From Candidatus Woesearchaeota archaeon (lineage in GTDB: Archaea; Nanobdellota; Nanobdellia; Pacearchaeales; GW2011-AR1): DNA of 64,000 nucleotides. The position numbers were made by a program, and so were the translations under genes. Below the pieces are notes generated by a model. It saw nothing but the letters and a program-made list of their open reading frames with translations. It did no database searches and was not told the origin of the DNA. Shown here piece after piece: positions 44,609 through 55,900 of the stretch (within the stretch, counting starts at the first letter, position 1; each line of letters opens with the position of its first letter). The stretch covers positions 10,078 to 74,077 of the forward strand of contig CAYURQ010000003.1 in the NCBI GenBank assembly GCA_964447315.1, given 5' to 3'.

Positions 44609-44839
44609 ATGGCAAAACATCCTTTAAGCTCAATAATCGTTGGAATAATTTTAATTATTGGAGGTTTGGTTTTAATTAGTATTTCTTTATTTTCTTTTAA
44701 TAAGGAAATTCCATTGATTTTAATTTATGGAATTCCAATGTTAATAATTGGAATTGTTCTTTTATTATGGAAAAAAGAAGATGATATTGAACAAAGAAAG
44801 GATTTAATTAAATCTTTGAAAGGAGGAAATAAAAAATGA
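44609..44839 (+). CDS. Small two-TM membrane protein
   Basis: ATG at 44609 (track TTG at 44603). Hydrophobic 'IIVGIILIIGGLVLISISLF' and 'LIYGIPMLIIGIVLLLW'. Confidence 0.5.
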   Translation: MAKHPLSSIIVGIILIIGGLVLISISLFSFNKEIPLILIYGIPMLIIGIVLLLWKKEDDIEQRKDLIKSLKGGNKK

Positions 44840-45162
44840 AAAAACAAGTAATTGTTTTAACAACTGATAAAATTCCTGGAAAAGAAATTAAAGAAATTTT
44901 AGGTGTTGTTAAAGGAAATACGGTTCGTGCTAGAAATGTTGGAAGAGATATTGGTGCAGGTTTTAAGAATTTGATTGGAGGAGAGGTTAAAACTTATACT
45001 GATATGACTACTCAGTCTCGTGAAGAAGCTTTTAATAGAATGGTTAATCAAGCAGTTGACATGGGAGCAGATGCAATTGTGGGTTTTAGATTTATGACTT
45101 CAATGATTATGCAAGGAGCTGCAGAAATGTTGGCTTATGGAACAGCAGTTAAGTTGAAATAA
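44836..45162 (+). CDS. YbjQ/UPF0145 family protein
   Basis: 'VVKGNTVRARNVGRDIGAGFKNLIGGEV..YT', 'GADAIVGFRF'. ATGA overlap with the upstream ORF. Confidence 0.8.
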   Translation: MKKQVIVLTTDKIPGKEIKEILGVVKGNTVRARNVGRDIGAGFKNLIGGEVKTYTDMTTQSREEAFNRMVNQAVDMGADAIVGFRFMTSMIMQGAAEMLAYGTAVKLK

Positions 45163-45202
45163 TTTTGGAATATTTTAAATACCGAATTTTCATATTTTAT
45201 TT

Positions 45203-46048
45203 ATGAAAAAATATTTTCATAAAATTATAGGTGTGATAGGATTTTTTATATTTATTTTTAGTTTAGTTATAGCTTTTTTTTCAAATAATTCTTACTTTTA
45301 TGTTTTCTTTTTATTAGGGTCTTGGTTTATCTTAGATTATGTTAATTTTAAATTAACAAAAAAATCTATAATAAATTTTCTTTTTAAAAAAGGAAATGAA
45401 TATTTTATTTTCTTATTATTAATTTTTAATGCTTGTGGGGCTTTTTTAGTTGATTATCTTTATGGTGTTAAAATTGTGGGAATGTGGGAATGGACAAATT
45501 ATGGTATTTTAGAATGGATGGTTATGATTTTTTTAATGACTTTATTTTTTTGTTTTGTTGTTTATGAAACTTATAGATTTTTTTATTTTATTTTATCAAA
45601 AGAATTTAATGGAAGAGTAAAAAGAAAAAACCATAAAAAATTTGAACATATTTTAATATTAATTGGAGGGTTAATGATTTTTATTCCTTTTATTAATTAT
45701 TTGTTTTTTAATAATTTTTATTCAAATTATTTTCTTGTTTTTGCTTTTATTGGAATTTGGTTTATTTGTGATGGTTTTTCTAGTTATTTTCAAGGAAAAA
45801 CAATTATTTCAAAAATTTTAAATGGAAATAAAAAAGTTATATTTTCAATTCTTTTATCTACTTTATTTTTGATGGTTTTTCATGAATTTTTAAATTATTT
45901 TGCGGGTGAATGGACTTATATTAATGCTCCTTTTCAGAGTATTGCTATTTATGGAATTCCAATATCTGTTTTAATTGGATGGATTCCTTTAGTTATTTTT
46001 TGTATTTCTGTTGTTAATTTAATTAAAATAATTATTGATAAGAATTGA
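45203..46048 (+). CDS. Polytopic membrane protein, unknown function
   Basis: 281-aa ORF with about 8 hydrophobic segments. Confidence 0.55.
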   Translation: MKKYFHKIIGVIGFFIFIFSLVIAFFSNNSYFYVFFLLGSWFILDYVNFKLTKKSIINFLFKKGNEYFIFLLLIFNACGAFLVDYLYGVKIVGMWEWTNYGILEWMVMIFLMTLFFCFVVYETYRFFYFILSKEFNGRVKRKNHKKFEHILILIGGLMIFIPFINYLFFNNFYSNYFLVFAFIGIWFICDGFSSYFQGKTIISKILNGNKKVIFSILLSTLFLMVFHEFLNYFAGEWTYINAPFQSIAIYGIPISVLIGWIPLVIFCISVVNLIKIIIDKN

Positions 46049-46050
46049 AA

Positions 46051-46122
<72 letters not shown>

Positions 46123-46172
46123 GTAGCTAAATGTTATTAAAGTTTTGAGAATTATTTAGTTTAAAAGATTTG

Positions 46173-46778
46173 TTATTCTTCTTTTTTATCTTCAGATTTT
46201 TCTTTTTCTTTAGAATCTTCTTTTGTTTCAGATTTTTCTTCTTTAATTTCTTTGATTACTTTAAGAATTCTTATTTCACATAAGGATAGAGGATAAATTT
46301 TCTTTAATTTAATACTTAAAGATTTTTGTAATTTATTACGTAGTATTTCTTCAAAAATAATTTCAGATGTTTTTGTTTTGCAGTATTTTGTTAATTCTTT
46401 CTTAGCTTCTTTTCTTAATTCATTTTTCACTGCACGAGAAACTTTTCTTCTAGTAATTATAAATGGCTTAATTAATATTTCAGTATTTTTACAAGGAATT
46501 GTAAACGAATCTTCAACATAATCAGTTCCTTTCCTAACCATTCTTCTTAAATAATATGGCATTACTTTGATTTCTTTTGGAATAGAAATTGCTTTATCAT
46601 CTTTGACATGAACCTTAAAGTTCATTAAAATACTTTTTCCTTTTAATATTCTTGTTAAATCATATTTTATTTCTTTTTCTTGTAATTCAGAAATATCCAT
46701 TGCTAGTAACTGAGTTTCTTTTTTTATAAGTGGTATTTCTACATCAAAAAACTTTTTTTTCTTTTTTGCAATTGCCAT
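46173..46778 (-). CDS. rps3ae: Ribosomal protein S3Ae (eS1)
   Basis: 'KKKKFFDVEIP', 'YYLRRMVRKGTDYVED', 'KKIYPLSLCEIRILKV'. Confidence 0.85.
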   Translation of the reverse strand: MAIAKKKKKFFDVEIPLIKKETQLLAMDISELQEKEIKYDLTRILKGKSILMNFKVHVKDDKAISIPKEIKVMPYYLRRMVRKGTDYVEDSFTIPCKNTEILIKPFIITRRKVSRAVKNELRKEAKKELTKYCKTKTSEIIFEEILRNKLQKSLSIKLKKIYPLSLCEIRILKVIKEIKEEKSETKEDSKEKEKSEDKKEE

Positions 46779-46848
46779 TTAAAACAACCCCTGGTTTTTT
46801 TGGATTTTCCTTAAACCATTGAAATTTATTTTATTATTTGTTTTCATT

Positions 46849-47169
46849 TTATTCTTGTAATTGTTTACCTGCTCTTTTACCTGATTTTTGGTATTTTGAT
46901 TTCCCGCATTCGCTACATATATACATGATATTTGTTTTTTTAGTTGTTTTTGATTTTCTTTTATGCTTTGTTTGTGCTGGTTTAGAACCCCATTTTCCTT
47001 TATTTCCAATGCCTATTCCAAGTCCACGAAGGTTTGCTCTTACTCTTCCCCCTCCCCGAGTCATTACTCCTCTCGAAAATCCAGTTCCTACTAATTTTAT
47101 TTTTTGTTCTGTCTTTTTTTTACAATAAGGACAGTATCTTTTTGTTTTTTTTGGAAGTTTCATAGTCAA
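46849..47169 (-). CDS. rpl44e: Ribosomal protein L44e (eL42)
   Basis: 'KRYCPYCKKKT...' and 'CSECGKSK' zinc ribbon. Basic Gly-rich middle region. Confidence 0.8.
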   Translation of the reverse strand: MTMKLPKKTKRYCPYCKKKTEQKIKLVGTGFSRGVMTRGGGRVRANLRGLGIGIGNKGKWGSKPAQTKHKRKSKTTKKTNIMYICSECGKSKYQKSGKRAGKQLQE

Positions 47170-47240
47170 TAGTGTGAATGTTTGCTTTATAAAGTTTTTT
47201 ATAGTTTGGTCCCGCAGTTATACTGTTTAATTTCAATAAA

Positions 47241-47516
47241 ATGAGAATAAAATTTAAAGAAAAAGGGAATCAAAGAAAGTTTTTTAAATTAGTTTTACAA
47301 AAAACAAATTGTCCCTCTCTTGTGGAGTTAATTAATAGAGGAATTAGTATTAATTATTCTACTTTGAAAAATTATTATCTTGAAGAAAGATTAATGCCTT
47401 TAGATTTATTTGAAAATTTAATTGATTTAAGTGGAATAGATAAAAAAGGTTTGGATTTTCAAGTTGTTTTAGATAATTGGGGGCAGGTTATTGGGGGTAG
47501 AAATAGTAAAAAATAA
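47241..47516 (+). CDS. Hypothetical small protein
   Basis: 91-aa ORF. No recognised motif. Confidence 0.4.
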   Translation: MRIKFKEKGNQRKFFKLVLQKTNCPSLVELINRGISINYSTLKNYYLEERLMPLDLFENLIDLSGIDKKGLDFQVVLDNWGQVIGGRNSKK

Positions 47517-47520
47517 TTTA

Positions 47521-47592
47521 TGATCCTGCGCAGAATTGAACTGCAATCTCATCCATGTCAAGGATGCGTCTTAACCATTGGACTACAGGATC
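47521..47592 (-). tRNA. tRNA-Val (anticodon GAC)
   Basis: The reverse complement folds as GATCCTG...CATCC-TTGACAT-GGATG...TGCAG-TTCAATT-CTGCG-CAGGATC-A. Confidence 0.85.
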
Positions 47593-47683
47593 TCAAAAAT
47601 AAAAAAAACCTTGAGTTTCTTTTGAACTTTCTGGAATCCCTGAAAAATAAAATCCAAGAAATATTTAAATATGTTCTTTATTT

Positions 47684-47896
47684 GTGTTATTTATGATAAA
47701 TAGGCATGATAAAAGAAGAGGAGGTAATCATATATTTTTTTTTATTTATTTGATTTTAGCTTTATATTTGGTTAATTCAGGATTTAAATTTATTACAATG
47801 CCTGATTTTATATTAAATATTGAAAATTGGATAATTATTATTTCAGGTGGATTATTGTTTTTTGCAGGATTTAAATTTTTAAAAAGAAAATATTAA
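47684..47896 (+). CDS. Small two-TM membrane protein
   Basis: GTG at 47684 or ATG at 47693. Two hydrophobic helices. Confidence 0.4.
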   Translation: MLFMINRHDKRRGGNHIFFFIYLILALYLVNSGFKFITMPDFILNIENWIIIISGGLLFFAGFKFLKRKY

Positions 47897-48016
47897 TTTT
47901 TTAAATTATTTATAAATTATTTATACTTACTAAGTTAATAAATTACTAAGTAAGTTATTTAATAAGAAAACTTTATATACTTAAATTCTCTTAATTATTT
48001 TAGGAAAGAGGAGAGA

Positions 48017-48145
48017 ATGAAAAAATATTTACTTCTTATAGAAGATGAAAGGCTTTGGGAAAAGTTCAAAAAATCTATTAAAAAAGACATAAATACTGAA
48101 CTTATTGAACTAATAAAAGAAAAAGCAGAGGGTAAAAATGATTAG
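48017..48145 (+). CDS. 42-aa ribbon-helix-helix-like small protein (tentative)
   Basis: SD 'aggaaagaggagag' upstream. MKKYLLLIEDERLWEKFKKSIKKDINTELIELIKEKAEGKND has a strand-helix-helix pattern. Overlaps the next ATG by 8 nt. Not in the ORF track. Confidence 0.4.
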   Translation: MKKYLLLIEDERLWEKFKKSIKKDINTELIELIKEKAEGKND

Positions 48146-49967
48146 AGGCAAAAGAGGGCAATTAACAATATTTATTATATTAGCAATACTTATTGTAGCA
48201 ATTGTTTTATGGTTTTTTTTATTTAGGCAACCCTCTAGTCCAACTGTCTCCAGGGAATTTCAGCCTATTTATAATAATTTTATTAATTGTCTTGAAGAAG
48301 ATCTTTCTTTAGGAAGTTCTGCTTTACAAACGCAAGGAGGGTATATTGAATTACCAGATTATCAAGCAGGAACTCTTGCTTATCCTTTTTCATCTCAATT
48401 AAATTTTGTTGGAGCAGAAATTCCTTATTGGTATTATGTTTCTGGAGGAGGAATTCAAAAATCTCAAGTTCCGAATATAGAAAATATGGAATTGGAACTA
48501 GAGAATTTTGTACTAAGTAAATTTAATTCTTGTGAATTTCAGAGTTATTATGATCAAGGATATACTTTATTTTTAGAACAAGACCCAAAAGTAGATGTAA
48601 AAATAAAAGACCATGAAATTATTCTTGATTTAGATATGGATTTTGTTGCTTATTACGAAGATGATAGGATTGTGGTTGAGGTACATAAGATTTCAATTAA
48701 TTCTGATTTAGGGATTTTATATAAAGATGCTTTGAAAGTTTATGGATATGAGCAAGAAGAATTTTTCTTAGAAAAATATGGACTTGATATTCTTAATTTA
48801 TATGCTCCTGTTGATGGAGTTGAATTTACTTGTAGTCCAATGGTTTGGATTGCTGATAATGTATTTTCAGATTTACAAGAAGCAATTGAAGTTAATACAA
48901 TGGCTTTAAAAAATGGGAATGATAATGATTATTTTTCAATTGATGTTGGCACTGATAATGGTGTTAGATTTATTAATTCTCAAAATTGGACTAGGAGTTT
49001 TGAAGTTAATCCAACAGAAGGAAATGTTATGGTTGCTAATCCAATTGGAAATCAAGCAGGAATGGGAATTTTAGGATTTTGTTATGTTACTTATCATTTT
49101 GTTTATAATATGAATTATCCTGTTTTAGTTCAGATAACTTCTGATGATACTGGGGAGGTATTTCAATTTCCTATTGGAGTTGTTATTAAAGGAAATCAGC
49201 CAAGAGAAGCTTTAAAAGGAAGTGCTTCTGCTGGTCCTGAAGTTGAAATTTGTGAAGATATGAGTGTTCCTACAAGAGTTGAGGTTTTTAATAGTTATGG
49301 ACATATAATTGATGCAAACATTTCTTATAATTGTTTATATCAAACTTGTAGTATTGGAGAAACATATGCTGGTTCAATAGTAGAATATTTCCCTCAATGT
49401 GTAAATGGTTTTGTAATCGCTAATTCAGAAGGATATGAACAAGGAAGAGTTATGTATTCGAGTATTAATCAAGGACAAGTAAGTATTTTTTTGGATAAAG
49501 AATATGAAAAACCAATAAGATTATATGTAGATGGTAAAAGATATACTGGAGAAGCTTTGATTAATTTTATTACAGATGAAAAATCAATTGCTGTATCTTA
49601 TCCAAGTCAATCAAATATTAAGTTGAGTGAAGAAGAATATGAAGTCCATGTTTATGTTTATACTGATTCTTCTTTAACATTACCTGATTTTAATACAGAA
49701 CAGTGTGTTGAGGTTCCTAGAACTTTAGGGGGAATGTTTGGATTAACAAAAGAACAATGTTATGAAGTTGAAATTTCAGAACAAGCTGTTACAAATGCCT
49801 TAACTGCTGGAGGTAGAGGAAAAGTATTCATTACAGACAATCAACTATCTCTTTCAAATTTTATTGAAATTAAAGTTGAGAGTTTGCCTAGACCAGATTC
49901 CTTAACTCAATTACAAGAAAATTATATTTTATTTGATGAAAAAGATGTGGAGGTTAGTTTTATATGA
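48138..49967 (+). CDS. 609-aa extracellular protein with class III (prepilin-type) signal peptide
   Basis: MIRGKRG|QLTIFIILAILIVAIVLWFF. Large Cys-containing ectodomain. Its TGA overlaps the ATG of the giant gene (ATGA). Confidence 0.7.
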   Translation: MIRGKRGQLTIFIILAILIVAIVLWFFLFRQPSSPTVSREFQPIYNNFINCLEEDLSLGSSALQTQGGYIELPDYQAGTLAYPFSSQLNFVGAEIPYWYYVSGGGIQKSQVPNIENMELELENFVLSKFNSCEFQSYYDQGYTLFLEQDPKVDVKIKDHEIILDLDMDFVAYYEDDRIVVEVHKISINSDLGILYKDALKVYGYEQEEFFLEKYGLDILNLYAPVDGVEFTCSPMVWIADNVFSDLQEAIEVNTMALKNGNDNDYFSIDVGTDNGVRFINSQNWTRSFEVNPTEGNVMVANPIGNQAGMGILGFCYVTYHFVYNMNYPVLVQITSDDTGEVFQFPIGVVIKGNQPREALKGSASAGPEVEICEDMSVPTRVEVFNSYGHIIDANISYNCLYQTCSIGETYAGSIVEYFPQCVNGFVIANSEGYEQGRVMYSSINQGQVSIFLDKEYEKPIRLYVDGKRYTGEALINFITDEKSIAVSYPSQSNIKLSEEEYEVHVYVYTDSSLTLPDFNTEQCVEVPRTLGGMFGLTKEQCYEVEISEQAVTNALTAGGRGKVFITDNQLSLSNFIEIKVESLPRPDSLTQLQENYILFDEKDVEVSFI

Positions 49968-52900
49968 TAAATAAAGGAAAAAATATTTTTAATTTTGTTT
50001 TATTGTTTTTAATTTTGTTTTTAATAATTGGAGTGGTTAGTGCTTATAGTTCTTCTTGGATGGGATATAAATATAATGACATTGCTGGAACAGGAAGTTT
50101 TATGCAAAATAGTTTAAGATTTGACAAATCAATGTGTGAACAGGGTAGTGATTTTATTTTACAGATTGCTCCTTTTGGATGTGAGCCAGCTGTTGTTAGA
50201 AGTGATTTATTAGAGGAAAATGATGTTCCTGTTTTTTGTCAAATTGCTGGAACTAAAATAAATCCTTTAATTGATGTTGAAGCAATTAAAACAATGACTA
50301 TTTCTGGAAAGCATACTGGTGGTGTGAAAGGATTTGCTTATCATCCTTCTCAAGCTGCTTTAGGATTATTTCCAGATGGAACTATTGAAAATCCTGTTTT
50401 AGAAAATTTAGGATATGTTGTTGTAATTCTTAAAAGAAATCCAAATGAATCTGCAATGCCTGATTATGTTGAGGGTAATTTAACAGCTAGAATAAGATAT
50501 GATATTGATAAAACTTTTGGTGTTGGAAGAGCAGAATATTATTTGCCTGTTATGTCAGAAGCTGAATGGAAAGATTCTTTCTTAGGATATGGTTTTTGGA
50601 ATGGAAGGGGATTTTTAAGAGCAGATTATGTTGAAGGGGATAAAGCAAGAGTTTCAATTTATTCTGGTTCTCAAGTTAATACAGGAAGTTTTTCAGGAAT
50701 TAAAGATTATTCTCAATTAGGTTTTACAAGTCATGTTCTTAAAGTAGGAGAGAAAAGCAATGAAATTTTCTTACCTGGTTTTGATCCTTGTAGAGCTTCT
50801 TTAAGTTTAAGATTAAATTCACTAGAAGATCCAGATACAAGAGCAAGAATAACAGTTAATTCAGAAATTGTTGAAATTGGTCAAAATCAAGATTTCTTGG
50901 AAAATAAATGTGAAGTTTTAAAAATTGCAAAAAGAGGACTTTATCAGTCTGTTGAAATTAGTTGTTTGGAAGATGATGGAAAAAGAGATATATTTACATT
51001 AAGTATTTCCCCGAGAGTTGAATTAGAGATTTCAGATTCTAATGATGTTTCTAAAAAAGAAACCCATGAATATGAAATAGGTGATTATTTATTTGAAGAT
51101 AAAAGTGATTTAAGTAATATTAAACATATTTATTTAGGATATGTTGGAAGTGTATCTCAGTCAAAGGATATTCAAGACATGTTTGTTGTTTTAATATCTT
51201 CTCCTGATTTGAAAACTAAATTAGATTCAGCTCAATTAGATTCTGTTACTAATTATGTTAAATATAGAAAGGCAGAAGCTAATACTGGAGATGATTTTTT
51301 AGATAAAGCAATACAAGGTTTAGGAGCTGCAACATCTCAAGTTGTTGAAGCAGGTTATTATCTTTTTGAAGGAGAGGATTTTAAAGTAATTCCATTTCAA
51401 AAAAATGGTTTTGAGCATGATGAACTATATAGAGGAAAAATAATTAAAATTAAGGGATTTGCAAAAAATAGTGCTTATAATCCTGAGTATACTTTAAGTG
51501 GAGAAAAAGAATATGAAAAAGCAATGCAAGATTTTAACTTAGTTGCTGATTCTTATGGTGATGCAAAATCTAGTGAAAATGATTTAGAAACTTATGGTGA
51601 AAAGGCACTTTTTCAAGCAATAAAAACTTCAGTTAGGGCTGGAAAAAATTTAGATACTTCTGATTTATGTGTAAAGTTCAAACAATTATATCCTTTTTCT
51701 TTGAAAAATTATGAATTAAAGAATTATTGTGATAATAGTTATTTGGCCTCTAGTTCTGGTTTTCATACAAAAGAAGTTTTAGTTAATGGAAATTTAAGGC
51801 AACTTTCTTTTGATAAAATTATTGAACCTTCGTATCAAGAATATGGTATTGAAGTATTAGTAACTGGGCCTAGTGGTTCACAAACTTATAGACTTCCTAA
51901 ATCTAGTAGAATTTCTTTAAATGAAGTTAGGGGTGATGCTGTTAGTTTAGCTAGTGAAGAATATTTTACATTAGAGGATTTAGAAAAAGATTATGCTGAA
52001 ATAAGAGTTAGATTTGCTGAAAGTGTAACTGAAGTAAGTTTTGATGAGCAAAATGTTCGGCTTTATTTTAATCAGCCTCAAAGAGTTGGTGCATTTGAAT
52101 TTTTAATTAAAGAAATTAATTTGCAAAAAGTTGCGAGAGTTAGTGTTGAACCTTCTTTTAATAATCAATTTTCTAATTCAACATTTCCTTTTAAGATTGG
52201 AATTGAAAAAAGAGCAATTCAATTAACTCCTGAAAAGATTAATAAAAAAATTAATAGATTAGATAAATCTATAGAAGGTTTACAAGGTAAAGTTGATTTT
52301 TTAGGTCAGACAGTTGAATGGGGAAACAAAGCTTGTTTAGGAACAGGAGCTGCTTTAACTCTTAAAAATTTGATTAAGAATTTTAATGGAGACTCAATTG
52401 CAAGAAATATGATTATGACAGGAGATGGAGGGTATAATGAAATATGTGAAAAAGCAGTTATTAGAGAAGAATATGAAAGTATTGATCAGTGTTTCTTAGC
52501 AAAATCAAATGAAATTGATAGAAAAGTAAAGCAATATTCAGAGGTTATTAATGAGCAAAATAATTATATTAGTAAATTAAAAGATGATTCAAAAGAAACA
52601 AGTGGGACTGGAAATATTTTTGAGCAAGGAATTATTAACAATGAAGAAGTTGTTTCAGCATATTTGAAAAATGAATTAACTTATGAACAATTACAATCAA
52701 CTCTTAATGAAATTGGTTATGTTGAAGATGGATTTTTTTACTTGAGTAAGAATCAAGATGGAACTTTTGATAAAGAAAATGGAGGAATTAATTTAAATGA
52801 AATAAAAGCCACATTAGAAAAAGGTGAAGGATATTTCAGTGAAGGAACCCTTTCTTTAGATGATTTAAGAGATATTGAACTTTATAGAACAATTCTTCAA

Positions 52901-55900
52901 CAAAATGCAGATGATCCAAATATTGAAGTGGATGAAATGGCTAAAAAAGAATTATATGATGTTCTTTTTGATGTTAATTTAAATACAAAGCAATCAAAGA
53001 AGAGAAATACTCTAGCAGATAATCTTGGAATTGATCCAAGCTTGCTTGGATATATGGAAACTAAAGATCCTGAAAAAATAAAAAAATATAATTATTTAGG
53101 TTTAAAGGCTGGAGGATTGGGATTGGAATTAAAAGATGTAGATGGTAAAACTTCTTTAGATACAAATTCTCCTTTATATGCATTTAGAACAAATGAGGAT
53201 AAAGAATATATTCTTGTTTTAAATGATGCTGGAGATGGTAAAAATCTTCCTATAAAAACTTATGATTCTGATAATGATCCTTCAACAGATAACTCTATTT
53301 ATCTTTATTCTTCAAGTGGAGAATTAATTAAAAAGGATGATTCTAGATATGAGGATTTTCTTGATGATTTTTCAGATGGGGTTACTTTTGTTGTTTATGA
53401 TGAAGCTTCTTATCATAATAGATATTTAAATCCAGAAGTAAGATATTTTGAGGATGCTCCTTATAAAGGATATCCTGCTGTTGTTCCTGTTGAAAGAGAA
53501 ACTGGATGGTATGCTGCTACTAAACCTGTTTTACCTGTTGGAGCTAATATTGCTTCTTATGATACTTCTGGAAGAGTAAGTAGTTTTTGGTTATGTAATG
53601 TTGGTGAAAATGGTCTTGAAAATTATATTTCAGGAGATGATAATTGTCAAATGATTAATTTAAACACTGGAATGAGTTTTGATATGTTTTATGCATTAGG
53701 CATTGATAGAACAAAAGAATTAATTAATAAAGCTGTTAGAAATATTGAACTTGCTCAAAGGGCTTATAAAAATGGAGTAAGAGCTGTAAGAATTGAAGGA
53801 GAAAAATATACTGTTGGAAGTCCTGCTGCTGCAACTCCAACTGTTCAATGTCAAGAATTTATGTCTCCTAAGGATTGTAATATTTTGTTTAATGTTTGTG
53901 ATCCTTTTATTTGTCCTAGTTCAAGATGTGATTTAGGGGGAACTTATCCTGTTAGAGATGTTATTCAATCAGGAGTTATTGGAAGTATTGCTTTATGTTA
54001 TCCAAATGCTAAATGGCATGGGGGAGATGTTTATGTTCCTGTTTGTGTTTCAGGAGTTCATGCTGGTTTAGATGGGTGGTTGCAAGTTCAAAAAGCTTAT
54101 AGGGATTGCTTGCAAGAAAATTTAGAAACAGGTGAGACAGTTGGAATTTGTGATGAAATGCATAGCATTTATATGTGCGACTTTTTCTGGAGACAAGCTA
54201 GACCTCTTGCTCAATTAATATTACCTAAATTAATAAGTAAAATACTTGGACAAAGTTCTCGTGGTGGTGGAGAATATTTATCTGTTCAAGATGCATGGGA
54301 AACAGCTGGTAATTCAATTGATTATTTCAAACAATATTATGCTAATCATGTTTTTACTGCTTTTAAGAATAGAAATGTTGATGAGATTGGAGCAGAAGTC
54401 TGCAAGAGTTTTCCATCTATTTTATTTCCAGATGGAGCTAGTATTGTGGACTCATTAACTCAAGCTTATTCTCCTGTACAATTTCATGGTAAGTTCAGTG
54501 AAATACCTATGACAACTGCAACAAATCCCCCCTTATCTCATTATAAAGTAACTTATATTATATATGCAGGACAAGATAGAGGGGCTTATTATAGAGTTTA
54601 TTTGAGAGGAGATAGTACAAGTTCTTATTTTCAAGACACTTCTTTTAATAGATATGTTGCTTCTGGATATATTCCAGCTGGAGATTCAATCTCTGAATCA
54701 ATAGATGAGCAATGGCCTAGTGGGTATAGGCAGTTATGTATTTCTGTAAATGGGCAAGAAGAATGTGGTTTTAAACAGGTTTCAACTTCATTTGCAGTTG
54801 ATTATATGAATGATTTATATTTGCAACAACAAGCAAGTCAAACAGATATTAAAACAGAAAGTGAATGTGTTTCTGGTTCAACTAGTCTTTATAGTTTATT
54901 GAATCCTAATTTGCAAGAAGGAGTTGAAACTGCTATTAATCCAGAAATATATAATAAAGGAATAATAAGGGTTTGTGCAACTAATAATCCTGGAGTTGGA
55001 ACAGACATTCATGCAGAGGGAGAAGATGCAAGATGGGTTGCTGTTGGATATTGTGGAGATAAAAATATTAAATGTTGGCAAGACCAAAATAGTGTTAAAG
55101 ATGTTATTGAAAGTTATTCAATTGAAGAAAAAACATTAGATACAACTAGTCAACAAGCATTAGAACAATTATTTGCAGATGGAAATTATCTTGGTGCTGA
55201 AGAACTTAAACAAGAACTTGAAAAGATTCTTGGTTTAAATAATCCTAAAGATAAAATAGATCCTTTAACAGAATTACTAGATAAAACATTTTATAATAAA
55301 GATAAAGCAAATATTTATTTGGAAAGAGGAAAAGCATATGCTTCTCAAATTGTATATTGTCCTAGTTTTTGTCTTGATGGAGAACACTTGGTTAAAGGAT
55401 TATTTAATTATACTACTAGAAAATGTTTTCCTGGAAAAGATGTTATTGATGATTGCGATGGTAACGGGTGTTTTGAAACTTCTGCTGGAGGAGGGGCATT
55501 ATGTAATGCTGAAGAATGTACTTTTTGTGTTCCAGATGTAGAAAATGAAGTAGGTGCTTTTGGAGCTATTTATGAAGGAACTATTAATTCAACTGGGCAT
55601 TGTGTTGTTCCATTATTTTCAAAAGAATATTTATTTGAAAATTGTTTAAGTGGAACTATTCCTGGATGTGCTCCTGCAGGAAAGAGTGGAAAATGTTTAA
55701 GTAATACAAATGCTGGTTTTGTTAATATTGATGAATCTCCTATAATTAGATTTAAATATAATACTCTTCTTAGTTTTTTTCCAAATAATCTTTGTATTAA
55801 ATATTTTAATGGGGCTTGGAGATATAAACATACTTGTGGGTTATCAAATCCTAAAAAATGGCCTGTTGTTAATTCAAATCCTGGAGTGGATAAAAAGGCT

